From Camelus dromedarius (Eukaryota), in the NCBI RefSeq assembly GCF_036321535.1, contig NC_087436.1:117368001-117432000 (forward strand): a stretch of 64,000 nucleotides of DNA, in the 5' to 3' direction. The notes beneath the pieces were generated by a model. It worked only from the letters and a program-made list of their open reading frames with translations. It did no database searches and had not been told where the DNA came from. This document shows positions 12,860 through 25,914 of the stretch, one piece after another (within the stretch, counting starts at the first letter, position 1; every line of letters starts with the position of its first letter). The translations under genes and the position numbers were made by a program.

Positions 12860-13342
12860 CCTCTCAGATGACCCCCAGTGGTCCCACCTCCTGGGAATCA
12901 TGTCCTGTGGAGCCTCCTCCCCTCGAGTTGGGCTGAACCTAGCAACTCACTTCTAACCAACAGAGCATGACAAGAGTCCCATGGCACCCCTGAGATGTGG
13001 CTACAGAAGGGCTCCGGAGTCCTTCTCACTCATTCCATCTCTCAAGGGAGGAAGCAGCTGCCACTCTGTGAGCTGTCCCGTGGAGATTCCACGTGGCCAG
13101 GAACTGAGGGAGGTCTCAGGCCCGCAGCCAGCAGGGAACTCAAACCCTTGGCCCAACAACCCACTGGGAACTGAATCCTGCCAACAGCTGCATAAGCAGA
13201 TTTGAAAACAGATCCCCTCCCCCTCAACTGTCAAGCCATACTTGGATTCCTGACCCAGAGAAACCGTGAAATGATAAATGTCTGTTGTTTTAAGTTGCTG
13301 TGTTTGGGGGTCATTTCTTACACAGCAAGAGATAACTGATAC
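12860..13342 (+). mobile_element. MLT1 LTR
   Basis: gccaggaactgagggaggtctc...aactgaatcctgccaaca...tgttgttttaagttgctgtgtttgggg...aactgataca. Confidence 0.75.
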
Positions 13343-16300
13343 ACATGGCTATCATTGACATCTCCATACAGAACCTTCCAAGGCTTTTATCTCCAGCCCA
13401 CAGTGTTCTCTCGGTTCTGCATCCTTAGGGGTCCTCCTACAACGCCAGCTGGTCCTTCTTGCTCTCCTTGGCTAGCTCCCCCTCATTTGCTCAGTCTCTC
13501 AAGGTTGGCTGGTCCCTGCGCTCATTCATTCCCGAGTCCTCTCCCTCCCTATACCCATGACCCTTGATGATCTCACGTGGTCCTGGTTGTAAATACCAGC
13601 TATCAACCTGTGACTTCCAGATCCAAATCACTAGCCTGGAGAATTCCAGACTCCTACAGCCCACAGGCTACTTGGTGGTCTAAAACACATCTCAGACTCA
13701 ACGTTCCTTCCCCACTTCCCCCTATCTCATCAGCAACATTTTCCTCCCACTCACTCAGTGAAAACTCTATGCATCATCCTGGCCTTCCCGCTTACTCTCA
13801 GAACCATCCACCTGCCATCCCATCCATCTGCGAGTCTTGACGACCGCACCTCCAAAATGACATCCTCAACCCACCCATCACTCTCTGCTCCACCTGTGCA
13901 GGCCACCACTCCCTCTCTCACCTGGACTGATGCAGCGGCCCATGCTTACACTAAACTCCACCGTCTATTCACCACTCAGAGCCAGATTAATTTCTTCCGT
14001 AAATAAGATCGTGTCCCTTCCCTGGTTAAACAGCTACAGTCTTCACTTAAAATAAAATCTTCCCCTACAGGGGGCAGCCCTCTGTGAGCTGATCCCTTCC
14101 CACTCCCAACCCACCCCCAGGATCATCTCCCACCCACCCAGCCCAGTCACATGCCTTTCCCCTCTTCTCAAAGGAGGCAAGCTCATCTCACCTGCAGTTT
14201 TGCACCAGCTGCCCCCTCTGCCTGGAGCACTCGCAGCCCCTCCTGCCATCCAGCCCTGGGCTCTAATGTGACCCCTGAAGAGCCTTTCCCACCAGCTCAA
14301 CCTTCTGATCTACAGGGGCCCCCCAAGCACTGTCTGCACACCCTCCTTTCCTAGGTGCCTGCAGGACACGAGTCACTCCGGGAAGTCTCTCTTGTCTGTT
14401 TATTGCCATCTGGTTTGTCAGCCCCACAGGAGGAAGACCAGAGATCAGTCGCACTCCCACCACTCACACCAGTGCCTGGCCCTCAGTAGGCACGCGGTGG
14501 CGGCTGTATTTTCAGAAAAGGAGAGAGGGAGGGAAAACGGGAAGGAAGGAAGAAGAAAGTGTGCACCTCTTTCCTGAAATCCAGACCTTTCCATCTGCTG
14601 TTACGTTGACTGTAATTCTTGCTATTCATCCCCTTGGGAGAGGGCCCATCTGTGTCCCTTTCCCTTGAACCTGGATGGACACTGTCACTGCGTGACCCAT
14701 AAAAATGGCAGAAATTGTGCCATTTCCACACCCAAGCCTTAAGAGACGGGCATGTCCAATCCCTTGGAAGCTTGGCTCTGGGGCCCTGAGCCACCAGCTG
14801 AGAAGTCCACCTGCCCCGAGACCCCCAGGCTGGAGCAGACACTGCAGCTGAGCGTCCCGGCCGAGGGCAGCCTTCCAGTCTCCCCAGCCCGAGGCACCAG
14901 CTCTTGGACTTTCCAACCCAGCCAGCCCCTCCACCAGCTTCAGTCACTGCCACGAGGGACAGAACTGTCTAGCCAAGCCCTGCCGGAATTCCGAACCCAC
15001 AAGGTCATGACACTTAGTAAAATGGTTGCTATTTTTGTCATCCATTTGGGGTCGCTGGTTACACGGCAAGAGAAAACCAAAAAAAAAAAAAAAATCTGCC
15101 TGTTGGTTATGTCCTTTCGGATGTCTTCGAGACGCCACTGAACGTCCCTCCCACCTGCGCCCCCTCTCAAGCCTGCTCCCCCTCCAAGGCCCCCAATCTC
15201 CGTAAGTGGCATCCCCATCTACCCAGGAACTCGAGTCACAATCTGCAGGTCACCTTTGGCATCCCTGTCCCTTCCCACGCTACACCGTGGATGGACCTGG
15301 CGGTCCTCATGCTGCGTGAGATAAATCCTGCATGATTCCAATTAGATGAGGGACCTAGAGAGTCAGACTCACAGAGAAAAAGAGAATGGCGTTCGCCAGG
15401 GGCTGCGGTGGAGGGAAGGGAGAGCTGCTTTGTGAGTACAAGGTTTCAGTCTCTCGAGGTGAAGAAAATTTTAGAGGTTGGTGGTGGTAATAGTTGCGCA
15501 ATCGTGTGAATGTTATGTGTTTCCTACCACAACTAAATTAATTTAATTTAAAAGGAAAAAAACCCATGAATCAGATCCTGTCACTCCTGGCATAAAATCC
15601 TTCCATGGTTTTCTGTTGTGTTTAGGGTTAAGTCCAGGTTAATGGCTGTGGCTTACGAGGCCCTGTGTGGTCTGCCCTGATGCCTCTCACGCCTCTGTCC
15701 CTTGCTCTCTGAATTCTAGCCACGTGGGTTGCTTTCCAGGACCTTGGGCACATCCAGCAAGCCCTGCCCTGCCCTGCATCCATGCGGTCCCCATGCCCCT
15801 GGCTCTGCCCAGACTGCCCCCACCCCACCAGCCACCCTCCCTCCAGAGGAGGCCTTCCTGACCCCCGAGGTCCCCACAGCACCGAACCTCCTCCATCATC
15901 ATATCCACCTCTCTTTACTGTCCACTCCGCAGCTGCCTATTTCCCCACGTGGACACGCACACCAGCCCCTCCAGCTGCAGCCTCCGTGCCAGCCCCCAGG
16001 TCCTGGAGAACAGTCGCTGCCCCTGCCAGATGCCTCTGGGACAATAGAGAGCCAACCGCGGAGTTTCAAAGTGCTGCCCATGGGGTTGGCTCGGGTCATC
16101 CTAAGACATCAGCCTGCAATGATTTCCACCCTCTGGCTCACTCCTCAGTGAACGGAGGCAGTGCCTGGGGCCACCAGGGATGGAGCCCAAAGATGAAGGG
16201 ACAACACGCAGCCTCCTCCTGGTCCAGAGCCCTGAACCCAGCCTTCGGGTCCCAGCAGACCATCAATCAATCAGCACTTGATTCCAGTACTGCAGGTGGT

Positions 16301-18338
16301 GCTGTCCTAGCTCAAGCTGGTCCAAAAGAGCAAGCCAAGCACGCCACCTGGTGGTGCAGCAAAGATGCAGCTCAGAGAACGAGGCTTTTCTGAACTCACT
16401 GAAAAGACAGATCTTCATACCTCGCGGTGTGTGAAAAACAATAAGCTTTAGGGGCGTTCTAGAACCAGCTCGGACTTTATAAGAATCTGAGCTGATACCC
16501 GACCCCCTCCGGGATATAAGCCCCTCAGCACGTGCAGCCCCGCCCTAGTCACTGACCTCTGTCTCTCTCTTGTTTCCCTGTTTGACTCCTTTGTTCACTG
16601 CTGTGCCCACAATGGTCCTAGCATACAGCAGGTGCTCCATAAATGTCTTTAAGATGGAAGAAGGGGGCCCACTGGAGCCAAACTCTTCTGGGACCCCTTC
16701 TCCCTTCAGAGCTCCTCATACCTGTCTGTTGACCTGGAGGGGGACCGAGGTCCCAGTGACCCAAAGCAAGAATTGGATTTGATTGTCAGACACATAGCTA
16801 TTTCGGCTTCAGATGCCCCCCACCCCCGATGTCGTGACTGTAGGATGATATCAAAAGCTGCAGCCCCTGGGCATGTGCCGACTGAAATGGGAGAGGGGAG
16901 GTAAAAGCCAGTGAGCTCGTGGGGAAACAGAGCAGCCCTGATGAGACGGAGGTGGGTAGCAGAGAGGTGACCGTGATAATCGGCCAGCTCTGTGAGCGGG
17001 GCATCCCCACAGTCACTGCAGAGGCCTGTGTGGTGCCAAAGGCTGGGTCCCCCTCCCTCTTACCAAGCCCTGTCATCCCTCTCTGTCCTTCTGGAACAAA
17101 CCCAACCACACACAAAGCTTTCTATTTCTCTACCTTTTCTCCATCCCCGCCGCCACTGTCTGGTGCGAGTTCGTTCCCATCATTTCCTCTCTGGGCGGCT
17201 GCAGGGCTTCTGTTCCGGGTTCCCTGACTTTGGTCTTAGTTCTCTCCATCCTTTCCACATGCCGCTGCCAAGGGATCATCCCAAAACACAAATTCCAGAG
17301 GGTCCTCTACTGTCCTCACCATGAAGACCAGACTCAGCCAGGCTTACCAAGCTCTGCTCAAGCCGGACCTGCCATCCTATCCCCGCTCTGCCGCTCTGCT
17401 TCACATGTACGGGATTCGCGCTAAGCTCCTGATGCTCGCCCAACAGGCCTCAGTGTCCTTTGCCTCTGTGTCTTTGCACACCATGTGCCCTCTGCCCCAA
17501 ACTGCCCCAAGGCTTGTCCTGGCCTTGACCACGGTTGGTAAACTTCCCACCATTCCTTGAGGCTGAGGCAGACGGTGCTGAGACCGTTCATCTTCTCCCT
17601 TGTTACTTTCCATCTTAGAGTCTAGAAAGCAAACCATCCACTTCTCCATCCTCCCTTGTAGTCAGGGGTGGTCACATCACAGACACTGCCTAGCACTAGT
17701 CCTTCCCTCCTTCTTGTCTTAAACCAAGATGCAATGCCTGGTGCCACTGCAGCCATCCTATGACCATGTGGCAGTGTGCACCACATCAACCAAGGTCGAG
17801 GGCAAAGGTGAACAGTGCCTGGATCCTTTATGATAGGGTTCAGCTGCCAGGCCAACCCTGAGCAGCCTACCTCCAGAATTCTTGTCTTTAAGACTGAGGA
17901 CACTGCGGGTCAAGCTTTCTATAATTTGCAGCCAAAAGCACTCCAAATTGAGATAGTGTCTCACTTCAAGCATTCCCTACTCATTGAAATTCATCCTGAA
18001 GCCGTGCTCCCATGACACCTTGCACATGACCCTGTCCCAGCACTGGCCACACTCACTGCATTATATTTTTTCCTTGTTTTCCTCTCCCACTAACGCTGTG
18101 ACCTTTTTGAGGAAAAAGATTGAGCCCTCCCACTTTTCATTCTTAGTTCCCAGCCCAGCCTCTGGCACACAGCAAATACTCGGTAAACGGATTTGCAGAA
18201 TATGAGCCTAGGTTCCTATTTTCTCCTTACACTTAAATGATTTTGATTACAAGCTGCCTCGATTCCTTATTTGAAAAAGGCAAAGAAAATAGCTTAATTG
18301 ATTTTTTTTAAATAAAGAAATAACTTGAGGCAGATTAC

Positions 18339-19267
18339 CGAAATATTGCAGAGGAACAGAAAGGCCGCAATATTCCTTAAGACTCTTCTCTGGGCGTTGC
18401 CCTGCAGGAAATGGGGACAGAGGGCCGGGGCCGGGACCCCTTCGCAGCTTCTCTCCTCTTCCTCTTTGCTGCCAACCTCGCTCAGACACATATTTCCATT
18501 GGCCACAGGTGGCAGCTTGCTGCCCTGGGGAGCCCCGGCCCCAGCCGCAGGTCCGCTCTTGGGGCAGGAAGAAGCAAAGGGCGTGGTATCGCCGTTGCAG
18601 ACCGTGACCACCCGCAGGGTTCTGATGTCCTCGGAGAGCTTCTCGGGCTCTCGGTGGACGGACTCGATGATGAAGAGGTTCTGGATGTACTTCTCGAGCA
18701 CCACCAGGATGGAGTAGGGCAGGTTGTACCAGGTGTACGGGGGGCGGGACTCGGCACAGAGGATGGCCAAGATGGAGCCCCAGGAGATGAGCCAGGAGCC
18801 GGAGGCAGTGCCCACCAGCAGGTCTGCGTCCAGTTTGCGGGCTGGGTTTTTGGACTCATCCAGGGACTGCTCATCTACCCTATAGATCCAGATCCCAACC
18901 AGCCCTGCCGCTGCCATGAGCATCAGCAAGACGATGGCGTAGAGGTAGAACATGATGAGGGCCGACTCGCTCTTGGTTTTGGAGCGCCCGATCCGAATCA
19001 GATACACCACCACCACCCCAATCGTGGTGGCCAGCGCCGTCAGGCCCAGGGCCGAGCCTGGCGTGACCCCGTGAAACCGGAACCGCATCTCCTGGTGCTG
19101 GTGACTGTCCACTTTGCGCCCGACGTTCTTCCACAGGACGTAGAGCATTGTGGAGGCCAGGATCTGGTACTCTATGTTGAAAGGGTAGAGGTAGTAGATC
19201 CCCTGCGAGATGGCAGAGCAGAGCGCCGGGGGCGTGCAGTTACACGGAGGCGTGTGGTCATCTAAGA
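18339..19267 (-). CDS. OTOP1: OTOP1 coding exon 5 (VLDDHTPPCNC...YPFNIEYQILAST...AAFLFLCNIS)
   Basis: Acceptor cccctag|TC, donor TCG|gtaatc, 929 nt; contains most of ORF 18294..19148. Confidence 0.97.
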
Positions 19268-22200
19268 CTAGGGGACAGAGGCAGATCGCAAGGGAGGGTG
19301 ATTAGCATGTTCAGTGGCCACACGGCAAACCACAAAGAAATACCCTTCCTGTGGATTCATGCTTGGGTTTGCCTGCTGAGTTAAAAGCTCATGTGTTTCA
19401 TGGCGTATTATCACATTTAATATTATGGCTAAATTGACAGCCAGGAATATCCCCCAAAGAGGACTAATTACGTGAATTACATCTTATCCAGACATCAGAT
19501 TATTGCCCAGCCATTGAAAATCGTATTGCAGAAATTTCCTGGACAACATATAAGGATGTTCACAAGATACTGTTGAACAAAAGCAGTTTCCCAAAGAGGA
19601 TAGAGTATGAATTTGTTCTTCCAAGTAGATACACAGACGATACATAACTTTATGTAGATAGAGAGAGAGGCAGACAGACAGAAGAAAATCTGGACGGGCA
19701 TAAACTAAAATGTTACCAATGGTTCTCTCTGGGTGGGGAAAATGGCAGGTGATTTTTCTTTGTTTTTTTCAGTAAAAGAAATGTCTAGAATGTCTTTTTT
19801 CCCAGCTTTATTGAGATGTAACTGACATACGATGCTGTAAGTTTACGGTGCACAGTGTGTCATTTTCCTCTAGATTTTGCTTTGTTGTATTTCCTAAACC
19901 TTCTATATGAATAGGATTTACATGTGTGATTTTTAAGTTATTTTTAAAAAACAACTTTGTGAGGGAAAACGTCCCGTCTTGTCAGCAAAGATTTTCCTCT
20001 TGAGAACATCCGAAGCTAGCCAGTGTGGCATGAGCCGGAACCACCTTCCGGAAGACACCTGGCGATGGTGCCAAGGGCCGTTTCATAACTAGGAGGGGAA
20101 ATTTTGTAAATTAATCATGAAATAAACAACAAAAACCTTAAGGATGATATAAAGTCTCTGGCCTATGATTCCAATCTATTCTGAGGGAAAAGTCAAAAAT
20201 ATAATCAAAGCATTAGGTAAAATTTTGTTGTGTGTGGGGCTTTTTTTGTTTTGTTTTTCGGTTTTTTGTTGTTGTTGTGGGTTTTTGAGAAAGAAAAACA
20301 CCTTAACAGTTTAGAAAGTGTGAAGTGAATTTTGATATCCCCTTACAATAGAATCGTAGGCAGCCATTAAAAGTTAAAATCAAGTTGTGTTTTAATGACA
20401 CAAGAAAAGAATCATGTTACAATACAATGGGAAAAAAATAAGAACAAATTTTATATCCAGTATTTTTAAATGCACATCACAACCTGGAACTCAGTTGTGA
20501 AATCAACTTAGAGAGAAGCAATCAATATTTTTTAATGGAATTGTAATGGAATAAAATGGGATTGAATGAACAGAATCAAATATAATATAAATTTAAGAGT
20601 GTCTCTGATATAGTAAGATTATTATTTCATGACATACACACATGCACATACATGCAGGGATGTGTGCATTTGGGTTGCAGTGTAAAATCTGTTTCTTATT
20701 GTAGGTTGTAGAAAAAAAAAACATTGAATATTTGCAGTATAATCTCAACTATAAATGAATAAAAAGTAACTCTCTACCAAAAATCACTAGATGTTAACAG
20801 CACTTGACTGCACTCCCGGGTAGGTGACACGGTGGGTTTGTTTCTTTACACTTTGTAAAACAGTGGTTTTAATTTATGATATGATATGCATATACTACTT
20901 ACAAAATCAGACAAAAGCTCTTTGTGGCAGCATTAATAGCTCTGTGGTAGCGCCTTTGCAGAACACTACAATGTTCAGTTCCTAAGGAGTTCCCCGCCAC
21001 TTATGACCCAGTACAATATGATGCAAAAGATAAGGGAAGAAATCAGAGGAAAACGTTCAGATTAACAGAATGTTAGTGCTGATGGACTCCTTTTTTAAAT
21101 AAATTAATCTCATCTCATCTTTCGCAGAGGTTTCTGAAGCCAGATTGCTAGGATTCAAACCCTGGCTCAATCACCTACTCACTGTGCAACCTTGGGTTAC
21201 TTACTTAACTTTGTGGCTCAATGGCTTCATCTGTATGATGCGGTCATTGTAGCCTACCTCAGAGTACTGGGGCAGAATTTAATGTCCCAGCCACTCAAAA
21301 AATGCTTAATAAAACTCTATTTTTGTTATTCTTGTCCTTGCTGTTACTGGTTTTGATACCAAGAGAGTGGCCATCCCAAGAGCGGGCTGCCAGCTGGGGT
21401 TGGTGAAGACACATCACGTGCACCCCTGCTGTTGTCTTTCCCACCCCACTGGTGAGGAAACGGGTTTAAAGTTCTCTCCGTGACTGCCCTGGCATTGAAT
21501 AAAGTACAGAGATGCAGTACACAAAAGCTGGAAGGACTCGTGGAAAGTCCATGGTTCAGGTGCCCTCACTTTATGAATGAGAAAAGGAAGGCTCAGAGAG
21601 GTCGAATGGTTTCCAAAGGTCACACAGCTTGTACGTGATGGGAACAGGACCCAAACCCGAGACACCCAGTTCTAGTATACTGCTCCTTCCTCTACCCCTC
21701 CCCTCCCTGCCTTTTTCTCAACCCCAGTGTCCTAATAGAAAAGTGACAGATCACAAATGCTAAAGAACTTTGAAAGAAAATAAAAAGATTAGCGCTACAG
21801 AAACAGGGGGAAATAAAGATGGAAAATGGCCAACCAAGCAGAGTTGAATAAAACCTTCAAATGAACGAAAACCAATTAACCACAACATACCATTAGCCTT
21901 GTATGGATTTTTCAAAGCTACACTTTTAATAGAAAGTATTAGTAACAGAGGTTTCATTAAAAACACAAACAGAAACAACCACCCGTCTTCCACGGTTGTA
22001 GACAAAGACCTTCGTTTCCACACCAAACTGGACCGTGAGAAACGGCGCTCAAAATGATGGCCCTTGGGTCTGACATGTCCCTGAGTCGTGGGAGAAACCT
22101 TTCATTATGCTCAGGGCACCCTACTTAAGGAGGCAGGATGAGAGACTTGGGAGGTTTTGAAAGATTTTCAACAACAGAGGATTGTCTGACTGATGTTGAG

Positions 22201-22301
22201 CTGGACGGACCCTGAAACCCGTCCCTCGAGCTCTGAACAGCCTGGTCTCTGCAGGTTCCCAGACATTCCCACGTGGCGGCAAGGCCACTGCTACCACTCA
22301 C

Positions 22302-22432
22302 CTATGGTTATGTTCCCGAAGCCCAGGGTGATGAGCCGTTCCTTGTGCTCGTTGAGTTGGTGCTTTGACTCATTCAGGACGCTGTTGGCCCACAGAAGCA
22401 GGTTGGTGAACACCGAGTGGATCACCCCAAAC
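22302..22432 (-). CDS. OTOP1: OTOP1 coding exon 4 (FGVIHSVFTNLLLWANSVLNESKHQLNEHKERLITLGFGNITI)
   Basis: Acceptor tttttcag|G, donor ATAG|gtgagt, 131 nt; translated by hand. Confidence 0.96.
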
Positions 22433-22508
22433 CTGAAAAACACAAGGATTTATTTCTGGAGCAGCCCTGGGAAGCTCCAAGCCCCTTGGGGTGAGATAGA
22501 GACATTAA

Positions 22509-22546
22509 ACACATGCGCGCGCGCGCGCACACACACACACACACGC
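22509..22546. repeat. (GC)7(AC)n alternating purine-pyrimidine tract
   Basis: acacatgcgcgcgcgcgcgcacacacacacacacacgc. Confidence 0.95.
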
Positions 22547-25002
22547 CTCCTTCTTAGCCGTGATTGTGGTTTTGTCTGGCATCTCAGGCTCTGGGTGGGT
22601 CCCCTCCCTGCCTGCCTGGGAGAAGCAGTTCTCTGGAAACTTCCAAAACCATAGTCTTGGCACTCGACCTTAATCTTGAACTTGCCAGTGTTCAACTCAT
22701 TGTCTATGGGACAAAAACGTACTGGGTCTTGGAAGCAGGGATACAGGCATGGAAGTTTCCTCAAAGCAGGCTACCAACCCCACCATACCCTAAACCCTTT
22801 CTCCCAGAAAGGAAGAGGAGAGAATGATGAAGAAAAGATGAAAGGGCTACACTGAGAATCTGGAGAGTTGGGTACGCCCTTACTGTTGGTTGGCCAACCG
22901 CATGATTATTATCCACCCCCTCAGTCTTACCAGTTACTTCTGAAGACACCAAAACAAACCAGAGACACACTATCTGGTCTCCTTGCAGTTAGGCATGGCC
23001 ATTCTGACCAGTAAGGTGAAATCTGCTGTGAACTACTGAAAAGCTTTTGCTTTCTTGATGAAAGAGGTAAGAATGAGAAAAGCCTATTTACTGTGCTTCT
23101 CCCCATTTTTTCCAGCCTTGAACGTAGACATGAAGGCTGGAGTTGCGGCAGCTACCTTGTGACCACAAAGCAACCAGCATGGGCTGAAACCCTCACCCAC
23201 TGAGGATGGCAGAGTGGAAACATAGAAAGAGCCTGTTCTGTGATGACACCGCGGAGATGCTGAAGTCTGATAGGCTCGGGAGTTAGGCCATAGTCACAAA
23301 CAGAATAAGTAACCACATTTGGGGTTTGAAAGTTAGCAAGCAACAAGGTTGTTCTAGTCCGACCCCAGGGTTCTGTCCCTGTGTATGTGCCACGCTGCCT
23401 CTTGAGGAAGGAGAAAAAGAATGACGTGGAGAGTGGACTCTGGACTGTGGGAAACAGAGACGGGATCTGGGGGGATATGGTTCCAATGAGGTCACTGTCT
23501 GTTCCAAACCTCTGAAGTCTCCCCGTGGCTGCCAGCTGAGGACGTGTTCACATCAGCAGCGTCCAGGGTACTTAACGAAGGGCCTTGCATGGAGCAGGTG
23601 CAGCAAAGGCAGGTGATTTGAGAGACGCATTCCTTGAAACTTGTGTGTAACTGATCGCTTTCCAGTTGGAAAGCAGAGGCCGGAGGCTGCAACCAGGACA
23701 CACTTGTCCACCACCTGCCTAAGGGAAAATGGTGCAGCTGGGTACTCAACCCTGACCCTGCCTCTCCTCTGGATTTCAACCCCAGAAGACTCCTCTGGGG
23801 CTCCCATCAGCACCCTCAGGCAAAGCCTTTCCTCATTTGAATTCTAGCTTCCTTTGGCCGCTTCCCAATGTCCAGGCACAAGTGGAGGAGGAAACGGCCA
23901 CCTGCAGCGGGGGCGGGTCTGAGTCAGGCGCTTACCTGTCTTCTTGCGCCTGGCGCTTGCCCAGTTACTATAGACCGTGGCCAGCCTCCCCCTCTGGCAT
24001 TGGGGAGGCATTGTATAGAGCCTTTGACAAACGCAGACAATGCTGTTTGCCTCAGGCCAGCTGGCTTTTCTTTTACTTATAATGCACACAGCTCCCCCCT
24101 TTCTTCTCTTTCCTGCTCCAAACGGAGCTATCTAATCCCAGACCCTCTGCACCCAGGCAGGTGAGACCGCTGCCGCCCACAGCTGCTGCCTGTTCTGCCA
24201 CGCATGCTCCCCGCGAGCTGGCAGCCTCCTGTGGGTTGGAGCTGGAAGCTGTCCTGCTAACTAAAGGCAGGCATCCCTTCCTCATGCCAGACTGCCTCTC
24301 CCCTACTTGGATCCCATAACCCCAGAGCACAATCAAGAGAAGGCTTTTGTGAGACATCGCTGACCTCATCTTTTTGTATCCAGCCCTCCTTTTGGAACTG
24401 CTGTTCCTCTAAACTTCACTCTTGAGAAAAGAAAAGGACTCAAACCAGTAAAGGGACTTCCCACATCAGGAGAAAAGTCCCTGTAGGTACTAAAAGCATG
24501 GATACTGGAATATTGGCTTGAAAGACCAGAAAGAAAAGAGTAAGTCCAGGAGTGTTGAGTTCTGAAAGCTCCAGGGCCTGGCAGACAACATCAGTGAATG
24601 AAGTGGGTGACGTTAGGGGGTGGTGGGGACTGTAGCTAACTAAGGGGCCAGACTCTATCTGGAGGGAACAATTCCAACTCTAGCTCTTTGTTGCCAGGCA
24701 CATGTGGGATGGTCAAATCTTCCATTTTTTTTTTTAAGAAAAGTCTAATTCTAAAACCTAAAGGAGGTAAGTAACTCAAAAATGGTTAACACTTTGCCTG
24801 ACAATCAAAACAAGCTAAATCAAGCTATAAGCATAGCAGGTTCAAACCACTCACTGTCCAGTTTAGGAAAGAGGCCCAGAGACAAGAAAGTGACTTGTCT
24901 CCAGTCACTCAAGAAGCAAGGTCAAGGCAGGACTGTGTCCCAGTCCTTCAGGGTTCCCTCAGATGAAAAGTTCTCATGGGAAATGTCTAGGTACGTGGCT
25001 TA

Positions 25003-25348
25003 GGGCAGCACTGTCCAAAAAAAGATAATGCAAGACACTGATGCAAGCCACATAAGTCATTTTCCGTTTCCTAGTAGCCACAGTAAAAGAATAGCAAAAA
25101 GGAACAGGAAAAAACAATTTTAATCATATTTTGTTAAACCCACTATATCTAACATACCACCATGTCAACATAGAATCAATACTAAAACAGTCATCACTGA
25201 GATACTTTACATTCTGTTTTTTATTTTAATCTCCAAAACCCAGTGTGTCATGTACACTCATGGCACATCTCAGTGCAAACCAGCCACAGTTCAAGTGCTC
25301 CATAGCCACGTGTGGCTGGCGGCTGCTATATCGGACAGCACAGACCTA
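25003..25348. mobile_element. MER3/MER33-like DNA transposon
   Basis: gcagcactgtccaa...gccacagttcaagtgctccatagccacgtgtggctggcggctgctatatcggacagcac. Confidence 0.7.
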
Positions 25349-25914
25349 GAAAGCAAGCCGAAGACCCTTTTCTGCATAGAGGGAAATGGGCCCAAGTGTC
25401 CTTGAGGCTCTGATTGAATAGTGACTAAAGCAAAGAGAAAGACTTCACTCAGCAAACCCCGCTGGCCACCTCAGCTGCTGCGATGCCATGGAAATAGCCG
25501 TGGATTTAAAGTCAACATTCAGGTCCCATCCAGTGATGCCCAAGTGAGCTGCCTGACCGTGGACCTTTGCTTCATTCCTCAGTTTCCTCCTCTGCTAAGT
25601 GGAATCACGATCATACCTACTGTCTCTAACTGACAGGGTTAGAGAGGTTCTCATGAGTAATACATGTAAAAGAAAATGCGTTATGAACGGGAAAGCCCAC
25701 AGACTCAGCCAGGAGTTCCTGGGGACGACAGGCTGCCCAATCTGCATTTGTTGAAAACATCTCACCCTTGATGCCAGCAACTCTGCTTGTAGGGGTTTAA
25801 GCTAAGAAAGTAATCAGAGCTGTCCAAAAATATTGTTCATTGAAAAATGTTCATTAGAGCACAATTTATAACAACAACAAAAGCTTTCAGACAAATTAGA
25901 TGTCCAACAAGAGG

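Noticed and set aside
15782..16393. 203-aa plus-strand ORF
   Set aside because: GC-rich intronic sequence with a non-ATG start and no recognisable homology.
18411..19265. 284-aa plus-strand ORF
   Set aside because: Antisense shadow of GC-rich OTOP1 exon 5; no independent homology or gene signals.
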